Assembly (NCBI GenBank): GCA_951406725.2
Contig: OX597816.1
Location: forward strand, 101,060,001-101,124,000
DNA length: 64,000 nucleotides
Direction of reading: 5' to 3'
DNA from: Octopus vulgaris
Taxonomy: Eukaryota
A model generated the notes under the pieces. That model was not told where the DNA came from and did not search any database. It worked only from the letters and a program-made list of their open reading frames with translations. This document shows, one piece after another, positions 13,531-26,729 of the stretch; position 1 is the stretch's first letter, and each line of letters begins with the position of its first letter. The position numbers were made by a program, and so were the translations under genes.

Positions 13531-13581
13531 TTTGCCAAAATATTTTCGTCGCTTTGAGACCGCGACCTGTTCACTGACAAA
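13531..13581 (-). ncRNA. Second identical copy of the candidate G3-C8 hammerhead
   Basis: Same sequence as 11342-11392, offset 2189 bp. Confidence 0.6.
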
Positions 13582-14438
13582 AATATCGTGCTAACAGATC
13601 GCGGTCTCAAAGCGACGAAAATATTTTGACAAATTAAATTTAATTGTTGAAGTGAATCTAACGGTTTTTGTGTGTTTCTTAAATGGCTTACAAACACCTT
13701 CAACGCTGCAACTGTTTTCGTTCCAGCACACGATCTCAGATCAAGTCACTTGCTATGCAAGTACATCTCTGTAACTATATATATATTTATATATATATAT
13801 ATATGTATATTGGTAAAAACAGTAAGATAACAACAGAAAGAAAGAGACCTCAATATTATGTAAATAGAGGAAATCTTTATATATAAAAGTGAGGTTGTGT
13901 GTCTGTCTCCTACGATTTAGATTCCTAACTACTCCCACATTTTGCGGTGCAGTTTAACCAAAACCGGGTATCTTATAGTCGTGATTCATATCGAGACCGT
14001 CTGGGTATTAGCGCGCGTCTACGATGAGTCTACGATTTAAAAAAAAAATTACCATCAATTTTTCCCATTTTTAATCCATTTTTGACATATATAAGGGAAG
14101 TAACTCTCTAAAATTTATTATTAAATCTCAGAACGTAAAAAGCTACAGTAACACCCCTCCCCTTTGTGGTTAGCCATATTGAGATGGCTATTATACTTTA
14201 CATCTCTAAAAATGCTTATATAATTATTTCCCTTACAAACCCGAGCAACGCCGGGCGATACTGCTAGTATATATATATTTGTACAAATAAATTCCTCTAT
14301 TAACATAACATCGAGGTCTCTTTCATTCTTTTGTTGTCTTACCACTACTATCAATATATATATATACACGCACACACACATTCATACATCTCACACATTA
14401 TACACATATATCAGTGACAGATTCATAGGACAACAGTC

Positions 14439-14557
<119 letters not shown>

Positions 14558-15029
14558 ATTGTCTCAAGAACATGATCAGCTGCTGGTCGCCCCTGACTTG
14601 TTTATTTTTAATAAAGAAAACAAAAGTAAGAATCAAAGCGAGGCTAAAAATGCAAGGGTGAACGTGGTTGGCTACAAAAATTCATCATGGCTTTCTCACT
14701 ATGATTCATTTATCATGTCAATTTAGGGTGGTGCCAAATTTGTTAACAGCTTTGCTCTTACTCAGCAAACAAACTGATAATTTTTTATTGTTGTAATTTT
14801 TTTATATAGCTGCCGCTATTGTTGTTGGTAAATTTTATTTCGTTCTTGTGCTTTGTCATGTTTTGTTCATATTCTAGAAGACAGCTCAGCGTGATGTGTT
14901 TAGAAATAAATTAGTTAAGACGTAAGATAGTCTTGCATATTGTATGAATACTTCTACTACTACTAATAATAATAATAATAACGATTTCTTTATTTGCCAC
15001 AAGGGCAAATATACTAGCTAATAATACTA

Positions 15030-15031
15030 GC

Positions 15032-15103
<72 letters not shown>

Positions 15104-15304
15104 ATTTTTACACAAGGGCAGAAATTTTGGGGAGGGATGAGTCGTTTACATTGACCTCAGTGTTAAACTGATACTTATTTTATCGACTCTGAAAGGATGA
15201 AAGGCAAAGTTGTCCTCGGTGGAATTTGAACTCAGATCGTAGCGACAGACGAAATATCGGTAAGCCTTCCGCCCAACGTGCTAACGATTCACCCAGCTCG
15301 CTGC
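15030..15304 (-). mobile_element. SINE family B with expanded (TAA)n tail
   Basis: gaaaggatgaaaggcaaagt..ggaatttgaactcaga..gctaacgattc..agctcgc is the reverse of the 34062 copy. Confidence 0.85.
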
Positions 15305-15332
15305 TTTAGTAATAATAACAACAACAACAATA

Positions 15333-15407
<75 letters not shown>

Positions 15408-17749
15408 TTAATAATAATGTGTTAGACAGAAAACTAAAGCAGAAATAGTGGCGAGCTAACATGGTGTAGGACAAATATATAAACACACAGACTTATAAGC
15501 ATAACAGAAGACAAAGAAAGCAGAATACTATAATGAAAATATGACAATATCTCAGAATAACGTTTAGAGATGTAAATAACAAAAAAATTGAAAAGAGAAA
15601 ATAAAATCAAGGCAGCTCATTACGAAACAAAACGTCTTCTATTTGCTCGCTGTCCTTCTATACACAAAAAATGAGAGTTGAGTCATCCAACCACTATAAG
15701 TTGCTCATTTTTATTTGCAAATGATAATGTTTGTCGGAGGTTAAAACATGATTCCACCCACTTCTTCACTGCAAATGATACTTGGACAAAACAATAAAGA
15801 TTTCGATATAAAACAAATCTGACCCAAAATAATACAACGAATTATGCATATTGATATTCTCAATTATACATATTGGGATTCTCAATTATGCATATTGGGA
15901 TTCTAGCCTTAGATCAGACCTAATATTTTCTAATTTTTTTTTTCTTCATATCTTAGTGTATCTAAGAGTATTGTATCTGTGTCCTTCCTTTTTGAAGGTA
16001 GATTGACATTTGAAAGAAATCTGGCAATTATTTCTAGCAGCTCTACTTACCACGTGGATGGCTTATCAATAGTGTGCGGTGATGTTGTGAAGAAAGAGAA
16101 AATGATGACGAGAGAGGTGAGAGGGATAGGAGGTCAATAACATTTAAAACATAATTTCTGGTTTAGAAAATTTTGTTATCACATTGAGAAATAGCATTTT
16201 AAATTCAAAGATTTGTTGAGACGTTATTAAGTTAAGGTAGTAAATTGGCTGCCATTTTAAATGTTGGTTGATTAGATTAAGGTGACGTCATTGTTTGAGA
16301 TGATCGCATTGAGGAATAGACGATCACAGTGTGTGTATGTTATTTCTGTCATCTTTAATTTCATTATCTTATTTTTAATATTACTTTTTTCTCTCTCCCC
16401 CTCTCTCTTGTCTCTGTGTGAGTGGGCACAAATAAGAACAGGCAAGCTGGTACCGCAGTTTCCATTGCTCGTGTATATGTGCGATACCACATATATATGT
16501 AAATATCTGTGGCCTTGCGATTTATCTATGATGTTCATGTGAGTTCATGTGAATGTGTATTGCTATATATGTATGTAATTACTGCTGTTGACAAGCCTCT
16601 TGTTGCGGTCACTGACCAGACCAAAAGAAATCCCCTACCCTTCCTAAAAGTGACCATTCTTTCTAGTTCTAATCTTTTCCTCACTCATCATCTTCATTCT
16701 CTCTCTGCCTCACCACCTCTCAAATTCTCTTTCTCACTGTCACCCAACACTTTTCTCGATCCAGTTTTTTCCTTCCTACGCATGTGCAACTGATAACACG
16801 CTGTTGTTTCCTGTTAATCTCCATCGTGTTCAAATTCTCATGGTCTAAGGACAATGAAAGTGAAAGCGTTTCGGCGTTTTATCCGAAGAAGGATTTATTC
16901 TGAGGCTCCTATCCTAACGGGATACAAGCTTAAGCATCTTTAAAACTAATGTGTGTGTGCGTGTGTGTGTGCGTGTGCGTGTGGGTGCGTGCTTATGTCA
17001 GGTCATTCTTAGTGCCACTGGTAACATGTAATCCAGTACAACTTACCGCATGATAGAGCTGTTAGTAACTAAATCGACAACCCTACCAAGCCTACTTGGT
17101 GCGGGTGGGATTTTTTTCCGTTGAACACACTGTGAAAAACAAAACCTGTCAAAGGGTAGATGAAATTAATTGAAGCAACAGCCACCCAAGCCTTTGTTAA
17201 GACGTGATTCTGGAAGAAGGAAAACTCTGATGTTACACCTGCGATTTCATTTGTATCCCATAATGTAGAATAGTTCTTTTCGAGCAAATGTATACGCTAT
17301 TTAGTGTGGAAGATTGGCCCTATGTAAGACCTTTTATCACGTTAAAAAGACGTTAGGCACTGACATCAATTGATTTTTAACATCTCTATCATATTCATAC
17401 TCAGGTTAGGTGGTATTATAACGATAAACATGGTTTAACTTAACAGAAACCTTTCTTTAGAAACACTTACTGAGGTATATGATTATTAAGAATCATATTC
17501 AGTAATTTGAGACAAAAACGAGCAACAAACCCAATGTTAGAACACAAACCGTGTATATTTCGCTTGTTGCCAACAATATCAAATCTCGTATCCTATAAAT
17601 CTCTTTCTCTTATATAAACTGTACTATTTTATCTTCACAGTAGACAATGGCAATACTTCGACTTGAGACGATGGGCTTGTCTCAGTTTGGTGTTTATTGT
17701 TTAATTGAATTTACATAAAATTTTCAACAGCTCAGGCGTATTTTCTGCT

Positions 17750-18040
17750 CATTGTGATCGTGGCTCTCTGCGTGGCTGAGGGCATGTCTGAGAGGGCCAT
17801 TATGAACAGTAGTGGTCCCAAAACAGTGCCCTGCGGAACACCGCTCACTATTTGCGTGTTAATGGAAGTGGCCCCATTGGCTACTACCACCTGACTTCTA
17901 TCTTTCAGAAAGTCATGAAGCCATTCTCCCAGTTTTCCAACTATGCTAAGATCACGCAGTTTGTGACATATCATTCCATGATCGACTTTATCAAAGGCCT
18001 TTGCAAAGTCGAGATATATCACTTCTACATTTGAGTGGTT
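17750..18040 (-). mobile_element. CR1-like LINE internal reverse transcriptase fragment
   Basis: IYLDFAKAFDKVDH...SGVPQGTVLGPLLF motifs in an open frame; stops just before YADD. Confidence 0.92.
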
Positions 18041-18775
18041 ATATATACATGTATATATATATATATTCATTAATAACAAAAGAACGAGAGTTATGTAATC
18101 ACATTCATTCGCTTCGATCTATTTCCAGGATGTGAGTAATAGCGTGACATAGCTTCCTGAAAGTCCTAATATATTAGGATTTTGATGAAGTTAGTGGAAG
18201 TTATACTATCATCCACCTCTGAATGTAGAATTATGTGTGTGTGTGTACGTGTACGTGCGAGCGTGTGCGTGTGTCTGTGTTTTTATGTATGTGTAGGTAT
18301 GTGCGCATTCTTGTATCTATGTACTGTTTGTAATTAGGCGTATATGGAGAAATTCTTCGAAATTGTACTCAATGCATTATAATCATGTAGGTATAGTGCA
18401 ATCTTTATAAAGGCTACTTCATTGCAGATATTTCAGTCAGTCAATCACAAGGACAAAACCATTTGGCTGAATCAGGTGTTATGTAGTACCTCTGATAAAG
18501 ATTGTGCGATTATATGTAAATAGACAGGCGGACAGACAGACAGACAGATAGATAAGCAGACACAGGTAGACAGACAGACAGGCAGATACACAGACACAGA
18601 CCGACAGACAAACAGATAGACAGGTGGATAGATAAATAGAGAGATAGACTGACTGATTGATTGATTGATTGATTGATTGATGCATAGATAGATAACTAGA
18701 TGTATATTTAAGCATGTTCATATGCATAGGTAAGCCGAAGTGTGTGTGTGTGTGTGGGTGTGTGTGTGTGTGGGT

Positions 18776-18815
<40 letters not shown>

Positions 18816-19430
18816 TAACCGCACATCAATGAAAAATATTTCGCCCCCTAAGGCAAGCAAGTTTTCCGGAAGCACAATCCCAGGAAAAAATATCTATAAA
18901 ATTTTTTCTGGGCCTGGAACCAAAATGACATCAATTACAAAATATCTAAAGTATAATGGTGTGCTAAGAATCGTCAAAATAGTTTATCAACTTTAATTTC
19001 TTATCTGAAATATCTAAATTCCAGAAACAGTTCATTCATAAGAATATTTTAAAATTATATGCATTATCATTGCTATATTGAAATTCCTCTGCAGTGTACA
19101 GATGGTTTGTCTCATTAACAGGCAGTCACTGCGCTTTGGTTTTGTTTATTTAAAACCCACTATCAAAAATCTAAGTGAGAATGAAGAAAGAGACGGACGA
19201 AAAATCAAGTATACACGACAACAAAAAAGTGACGGGACTTATTGATAGGAGAACAAGCTATGCGTATCTCGAAGACAACGTTATAATGATAATATATGAA
19301 TTGGAATAAAATATTTTGTAAATTAGCCAATATATGCATACCCAACAACGAACCAGAAACGAACATCGTTAGTGAGCCCACGTGCGTATGGGTGTTTGTG
19401 TGTGAGTGTGTGTGTGTGCGGCTGTATATA

Positions 19431-19585
19431 GGTGCAGGTGTGGATGTGGTAAGACGCTTACTTCCCAACCACATGGTTCCGTGACACTTTGAGCAAGTGT
19501 CTTCTACTACAGCCTCGGGCCGATCAAAGCCTTGTGAGTGGATTTCGTAGCCGGAAACTGAAAGAAACCCGTTGTATATATATAT

Positions 19586-19659
<74 letters not shown>

Positions 19660-19897
19660 ATGAATTGGGGTAGGTGTCATTGTATCTCTGTTTGTCCCCC
19701 CTCCATCACTGTTTGACAACCAGTGTTGATGTGGTTTCGTCCCCATAACTTAGTGGTTCGGTAAAAGTAACCGAGAGAACAAATACTAGGCTTTAAAAAA
19801 AAAATAAATATTGGTATCGATTTGTTCGACTAAAACCCTTCATGCAGGTGCTCCAGCATGGCCGCAGTCAAATGATTGAAGCAAGTAAAAGAATAAA
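19431..19897 (+). mobile_element. Near full-length tRNA-derived SINE, family A
   Basis: tRNA-like head, central (TA)n(TG)n tract, 3' ggtgctccagcatggccgcagtcaaatga.tgaa and A-rich tail; repeated many times in the window. Confidence 0.9.
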
Positions 19898-20644
19898 AAA
19901 AAAAAGGAATATACAGTCTGTAGCAGGTGTGTCCGAAGAATTTTGAGAGGTGACTTTTATGGCTGTGTTAAGAAAGTCAAAAACAACCTCTGCAACCAAA
20001 GAAACAATGACATTCCATCTATTAGAGAATACAGTAATCAACCATCTGTTGAGACCATAACGAAACAACAACAACAACAACAACAACAAGTCAAACAACA
20101 AGGCCAATAGCATCAACAACAATAACAAGGTAAGCAGCAACACCAACAATAATAAGAAAGCAAACAACAACATTCCATCTGACAATCAATGACATGAAGG
20201 CACCTTAACGTGCTCGGTCGACTAAATAGAAGCAAAAGGATCTCCGTTATTTTCGACGTTGCAGCTGAAGTAATTGTACATTGAATTGGCGTTTAAGTGG
20301 TCGAATCTTCCACTGACACCTGTACTAATAATGTAATCCTCAGCTAGAATAAATGTGATACAGCGTGTAATGAAATGCTCATTTACCCAGTCTATTATTA
20401 GAAATCTTTTAAAAGCAATTACTTTTTTTAGTTTTTTTTAATGTTAAATGGAGTAGAGTATACAAATGTTTTACCAAACATTCGTTATGCATATCTCGGG
20501 TACAGCGTTATTATTATAAAACATATATTTGTATAAAATAGTTTGTAAAATATATACGTATTTTAGCCAATATATACATATTCAATAACAAAGCCAGAAG
20601 CAAACATCGTTAGTGAGCCCGCTCGTGTGAGTGTGAGTCCATAT

Positions 20645-21430
20645 AAGAGTGGATGCCCCAAACCACCCTGGAATTTTGCAATATTATTTTATTCACTTAC
20701 TTTTACATGCTTACGCTTTTATCACCTTCAAAGTATTCACCATTTGAAACAATGCATCGGTCCAGACGCATTTTCCACTATTCGAAGAGTCCTGGAACTC
20801 TTGCGAGGTGATGTTTTTATCTTCACCTCCTCTACATCTGCAAATTCCGTAGCACCAGCTTCCGTTACCAGTGATGACCTTCGAAAAAAGGTCTGGATCA
20901 ATTTCTAACTGTTCTTTCAGTTCACGGCACGCATTCAATAGTGACTGCTTTTGATCTTTGCCGCAACTCTTTTCATTTGCAATCCTTCGCTCAAAATTCG
21001 TTGTCAAGAGCTCCAGGACACACCAATCATATCAACAAGCTTGTCAATTGATTGGCAAGGGTCCTCCAAGATCAATTCATGAATTTTCGTGATGAATTCA
21101 ATCGTTCGGGAGGTCGACGGATGCCCTGAACGAGGTTGGTCTTCAAGCGACAAGTGACCAATCCTAAAGCAGGAAAACGATTTGTAAACTTGTGTTTTGC
21201 TCCTTGTAAGCTATGTAAAGTATGACAACTGTTTCGGCCGCCGTTTTACCGAAGAGAAAACAGAGTTTCACGGAAGCATGGTGCTCCTTTGTTTCAGCCA
21301 TCGCAAAAATAAACAAACAGAGGGAAAGCACTACAAAACAAAGACGCACCACGTGGCAGTACGACTTCACTCGAGGACACCGGTCAACAGACTGATGTCT
21401 GTGGGTTGCATCAAGTGGCTGCCAATTTTC
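20645..21430 (-). mobile_element. Internally deleted mariner-family DNA transposon
   Basis: MAETKEHHASVKLCFLFGKTAAET (HTH), EDQPRSGHPSTS, FSKVITGNGSWCYG (first catalytic motif, decayed) joined to the C-terminal WKMRLDRCIVSNGEYFEGD; TIRs not clearly resolved. Confidence 0.85.
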
Positions 21431-22124
21431 GAAAATTAAAAGTTTATTGAAACTTTTCAAATTATTACTTTGATGTAGTTTTCCAAGCTGAATTTCTAGA
21501 GAAATTTCACTTTTTCCATGAAAGTTTTAAAAAACGCTATAGAGGTTTAAAGTTTGATAATTTTCACCCAGTCAGAAAACAGAGTTTGGAAGCTTTCATT
21601 TTGTGTGTGACAGCACTTTTGTTAACTGTAAACAAATAAAATTCTGCTTTACGCATGCCATATAACCTCTCATAATTTTTTAATTTTTTTTAATTTTCAG
21701 AGAATTTTTGTGAATCCGTATTCTTCGCACAGAAATTCATACGGTTATCCAAAAATGAAACAAAAGATTTTTTTGATGCGTAATTTAAGGCATATTTAGC
21801 TGCTATTTTTAGCACATCTGAGAACCACCTCAATGAGTGGAATATATGTCAACACGTACTTTATCGCAGACAAAAATGTTCCCATGCTTGGCTTGTTACT
21901 ATGGAAACAGATATGAATGTCTCTATGCTTACGACTAGCTAAAATTACCCAAAATTTGCGAACTTTTAAAATGGTAATAACTATTTATTGATTTATTGCG
22001 AAAATGAATTTCAAAGGAGTGATTAGTTTATATAACCATATCATTACACACACCGAATGTGAAATCAATTTCAGCAGGAATTGAAGGGATTGAAACGTGG
22101 CTGCCAAACAGAAAAGATCCCTTG

Positions 22125-22385
22125 TTTTTGACTTTTTATGTCTGAAATTTATTCTATCGAGTCTTATACCGAATCGCAAGGTTTCGGGGATGTAAGCAAA
22201 CACCGGCTGTCAAGAGAGGCAGGGGAAGACAAACACCCCCCACACACACACACACATGAAGGTTTTTCACATTTTTCTATCTACCAAATTCGCTCACAAA
22301 TTCGCCCTGGTGCTATAATAGTCCGAGGTGCTACGCAGTGGGACTGAACCCAAAACCACGTGGCTGCAAAGTAAGCTTCTTAGCT
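22125..22385 (-). mobile_element. Partial SINE family A
   Basis: acgcagtgggactgaacccaaaaccacgtgg is the reverse tRNA-like head. Confidence 0.75.
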
Positions 22386-22679
22386 ATTCCTTTCAAGAAG
22401 AGAAAAAAAAAAGAGTACGTGTTGGACATTGTATGGTCAATGATCGATCGGGGATACCCCTAGGAATAAACAACATTCCACCCATTAGATTATTGTAATC
22501 ATCTATCTGTTGACATCGCAAACAAACAACGACAACGACGACAATAACAACAAACAAACCAAACATTTCACACTGGACAAACAACAGCAGCAGCAACAAC
22601 ACCAACAACAAGAGTAGAAAGAAGATACAGAAGGAAAAAAAAGTAGACAAATAAGAATGAAAAGAAATAAAAATGTGGC

Positions 22680-22836
22680 GAAGAGGAGGAAGAAGGAGAA
22701 GGAGGAGGAGAAGAAGAAGAAGAAGAAGAAGAAGAAGAAGAAGAAGAAGGAGGAGGAGGAGGAGGAGGAGGAGGAGAAGAAGAAGAAGAAGAAGAAGAAG
22801 AAGAAGAAGAAGAAGAAGAAGAAGAAGAAGAAGAAG
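22680..22836. repeat. (AAG)n/(GAG)n polypurine microsatellite
   Basis: Directly visible. Confidence 0.97.
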
Positions 22837-23269
22837 CGAATGGTGGTGATGATCTATAAGTTCAGCAGCAATTATGAACGTCTACAGCAACAATTAACCT
22901 TGAACTGTTCGGTGTGGTGGTGGCCTTTGTTGGAGAGGTGCGGTTGAAGGGAATGGGTTGTGAAATGATTTATCTAATTTTATTTATTTATTTATTTATT
23001 TATTTATCTAATTTGTTTATTTGTTTATAATTTGTTCGAATATTTTGTTTATCGCATCTTGAGATGAAAATATTTATATTTTCCTGCTTTAGCAGGGGAG
23101 GAGAGAAAAGAAACTCCCATTATTAGAAAGTTATGGCTGAAGTTGATGATAATGAGAATTATTTTATAATAGAAGCACGAGGCCCGACATTATTTAATCA
23201 CAACAAGGCCGACAATAGCAAGATTAGATAAACAATATTTGAAACAGTGGCACACATATATCTTTTTTA

Positions 23270-23410
23270 TTTTTTTATTTTACTTGTTTCAGCTATAGGA
23301 CTGCGGCCATGCTGGAGCACGGCCTTGGAGTGTTTTAGCCGAATAATTCAATCATAGTACTTATTTTTCTTTGTAAGTTTGATACTAACCCTATCGGTCT
23401 CTTTCGCCGA
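23270..23410 (-). mobile_element. 3' part of SINE family A, broken at 23410
   Basis: tacttgtttcag..gactgcggccatgctggagcac..ctatcggtctctttcgccga, then an abrupt switch to unrelated sequence. Confidence 0.8.
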
Positions 23411-23639
23411 TATATGCTTCTACTGCAATGAACATCATGTTCTCCTACCTCGAATTCAGCAGATGAGATTGTGAAACAGTAGTGTGTTTCTATGGACAAC
23501 TTTTTTTGCATATGCTTAAATATCTATTTTAAGTGTAAGTTAAGCATATCTTTAAGTATCTATGTGATTTATCATTGTATAAAAACATTCAATCACATTT
23601 ATGCACCCCCCCCTACACACACACATAAATATATGACAC
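23409..23639 (+). repeat. About 230-bp direct repeat of 27019-27285
   Basis: gatatatgcttctactgcaatg...aagtgtaagttaagcatatcttt...atatgacac present at both sites with a few indels. Confidence 0.95.
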
Positions 23640-25905
23640 TATCGGCCCATTACATGTCTATTCTACCATGTATAAAATTTTAACATCCATCCTCGTGGAG
23701 AAAACACACAAATTTATTGAACAGAACGATACTTTCCCCACTGAACAAAAATGGTGCAGACGAGGCTCATATGGATGCAAAGACAAACTCTTAACCAATC
23801 ACATGATCCTCGAGAACTGTCATAACACATGCAGAAATCTCAGTTCCGTATGGATTGATTATAAAAAGGCCTTTGACAGCATACTGCATTCATGGATCTT
23901 GAAATCGCTGGATATCCTCAAAATTTCTCCTGTGATTTCAAACTTCCTAAAGCACAACCTGTCAGTGTGGAATATGAATCTCCAATTATACACTCTAATG
24001 GAGTACTGATCTCAAAAAATATCAATATCAATTGCGACATTTTCCAAGGTGACTCACTTTCACCTTTAATTTTATGCATATCCCTAATAACTCTTATAAG
24101 TGAACTTAACAGAACAGAGTATGGATATAAAATTGGCTGTAAGAAAATAAGATATCTATTTTATATGGTTGACTTAAAACTCTATGGCAGAGACGATAAT
24201 GAACTTGAAAGACTACTACGTACTGTGAAAGCATTCAGTGATGACATCGGGATGAAATTTAGTCTTTATAAATGTGCCAAGGCCACTTTCCAGAAAGGAA
24301 AATTGCAGATCTCACATTGAGTGGTACTGGATGTTGACATAATCATAAAAGAACTCGAACAGGAACAAACTTACAAATACCTCGGAATAAATGAGGGCTC
24401 TGGCAGTCAGCATGCAAGCATGAAAGAGAAGATCAAGAAGGAATGTTACAGGAAAGTTCAAGAAGCCCTAAAATCCGAGTTAAATGCACGTAACAAAGTG
24501 TTAACTATAAATTCCTTAGCAGTTCCGGTTGTTATTTACAGTTTCAATATGTTGAACTGGGATATGAGCAAAATAAGGAAAACTGACAGGAAAATCCGTA
24601 AGCAGGCGCAGGTCGTCTTTTCCTACCCAGAGCTAAAGGATGTCGAAGCTTGATCCAATTTGAAATCTCTTACAAAACCACCACAACTGGAATGGCAAAA
24701 TATCTTGAAACATCTAACGACTGGATGATAAAGCTCGTTGAAAACCATGAAAGATGTAAGAAGCTTCAATCTGCTACGAGCTACAAAGGAAAGCAAGACA
24801 TTTTCAAGTTTATGCATAACACCCAGGTTGAACAGCATGTTGGAAGTGCGGCAACTCTAGTCGCAAAGAAGGTGAAATCAATAGCAAAGCAAAATGCGTT
24901 TGAACAATTGGCTGATAGGTGGGAACAAAAACCTCTGTATGGCAAATTTGTGGCCCGTAGCAAACAAGCTAATGTAGACCAGAACCGCACCTATCAGTGG
25001 CTACGGAGCTCAGGTCTAAAGGCATAGAGTGAGGCTTTATATTGGCTGCTCAAGATCAGAGATTATTGACTCTGAACTATCAAGCCAATGTGATGAAAAA
25101 TGGTGGCGAAAAATGGATGCTGCAACGAAGGGATTGAAACAGTAGACTATCTAATCTCTGTGTGTAAGGTTTTAGCACCTGTAGAGTACAAATCAAGACA
25201 TGACAGAGTTGACCAATATTTACATTGGATAATGTGTCGGCATTATAAAACCAAACTGCTGACAAATTGTAGAAGCACCACCATGAAGCTGTAACTGAGG
25301 GAGAAAATGTAACGATTCTTTGGGACTTTCCAGTATGTACAGACCGGACCATCAAGGCAAATAAGACCAAAACAATAAAGTCTCTTTACTGACAGACATG
25401 AACATACTTTGTGATCATAACATCTCAGCAAAATAATTCAATAAGCTCAGAAAATATAAAGATTTGCTAATCGAAATCGAAAAGATGTGACATCTCAAGA
25501 CGGTTACAATACTAGTGCTTGTGGAAGCACTTGGAATGAAAAAAAGGAATTGAAAATTATTTAAGAATCATCCCTTACCGTCCATGCAGAAATTAAAAAG
25601 GATTGTCTTAACTGGTACGTCACACACACTGAGAAGAGCATTGTCACAGTGAATTTTCTCTCCCTTTTACCCTTTATTTTCTGTTTACTTTTTCTTTTCT
25701 TATTTTTTCCTTTTTCTCTCTGTCTTTCTTCCCCTTTTTTTCTAATACATGATTTTGTAAATGAACAATCTGGTGTGTGTAATTTAATGGCCTACCAATG
25801 TATACAGTGTATTTATCTGACCTAGGTGTCAGGAAGACACTCGGCAAGAAATGGAAACAATTGAAAGATGACAATGAAAATAATAATAATAATAATAATA
25901 ATAAT
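23638..25905 (+). mobile_element. 5'-truncated, frameshifted R4/Dong-clade non-LTR retrotransposon (RT, CCHC, restriction-like endonuclease)
   Basis: YRPITCL, EQK.CRRGSYGCKD.L, WIDYKKAFDS, IFQGDSLSPL, LFYM.DLKLY, YKYLG, EYKSRHDRV, ILWDF, KYKDLLIEIEK, GTSHTLRRALSQ* (stop 25650-25652); (TAA)n tail. Confidence 0.93.
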
Positions 25906-26650
25906 CATTATTATCGAGCTAAACTTCTACGTAATTTTTAAAACATGCTTTAATTGTGCTGTACTAAATTACCTAACTCTTGTATATGAATTTTATTTTC
26001 CTAATCATTCAATATTCCCAGCGTCTGTTGTAGTACATAGAGGTGCGGTATATAATATTTTTAGTTTTTCTCTCAAAAGCTAAAGAGAACAAATTTTCCA
26101 ACTGACCACGGGACACACAATCTTTTTCCAAATTGACTTCAGCAAACCTGAGACTTTGTCACTATATCTTTTTGATGTTGCAAATGAAAGGCTAACAGGA
26201 GATTAAAGCTATTTAAATACGAAGAGTACAAACGAAAATTCATCATTTTTAACACAATTTATCAAAATTTCCTATTTGAGAATGTTTCAGAAAAAGTCAT
26301 ATAGCCGATGACCTCGAAATGATATGCTATAATGTGAAATCCTACATATCCTTGAAGATAACTGTAATCTACAACTAAAATTCATATGTACGTATATATG
26401 CATTTATCAAACAATACTACCCTGATATAAGAATTTACAACTACCAATAAGCAATAAAGGAAAACAAGGGCCTGTACAAACCTAGGAAAGGAAAAGAAAT
26501 AGTAAAAGACAATGACAATAAACCGAGACATTAAAGAGAGCAAAAATATATTAAACATAGTCGAGCAATTTCCGTCGTAAGCTGGCAATCGGATATCGAC
26601 GTCATTTCGACACATTGAGACAAATAACTATATCCGATGATATCAAACAA

Positions 26651-26729
<79 letters not shown>

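Larger units (their letters stand above)
12093..14267 (+). mobile_element. Composite non-autonomous Helitron, copy 2 (tandem with copy 1)
   Basis: Same termini and near-identical internal sequence; separated from copy 1 by (TA)6; about 380 bp longer. Confidence 0.75.

Noticed and set aside
13810-14350. About 60-bp inverted pair flanking the inner Helitron of copy 2, suggesting TIRs
   Set aside because: One copy is Helitron cargo (also at about 11625) and the other is outside the element; more simply two members of a common repeat.
26296-26325. auag-CCGAUGA-ccuc-GAAA-ugauaUG-cuau hammerhead-like string
   Set aside because: No stem II, U4C change and G at the cleavage position; compatible with chance.
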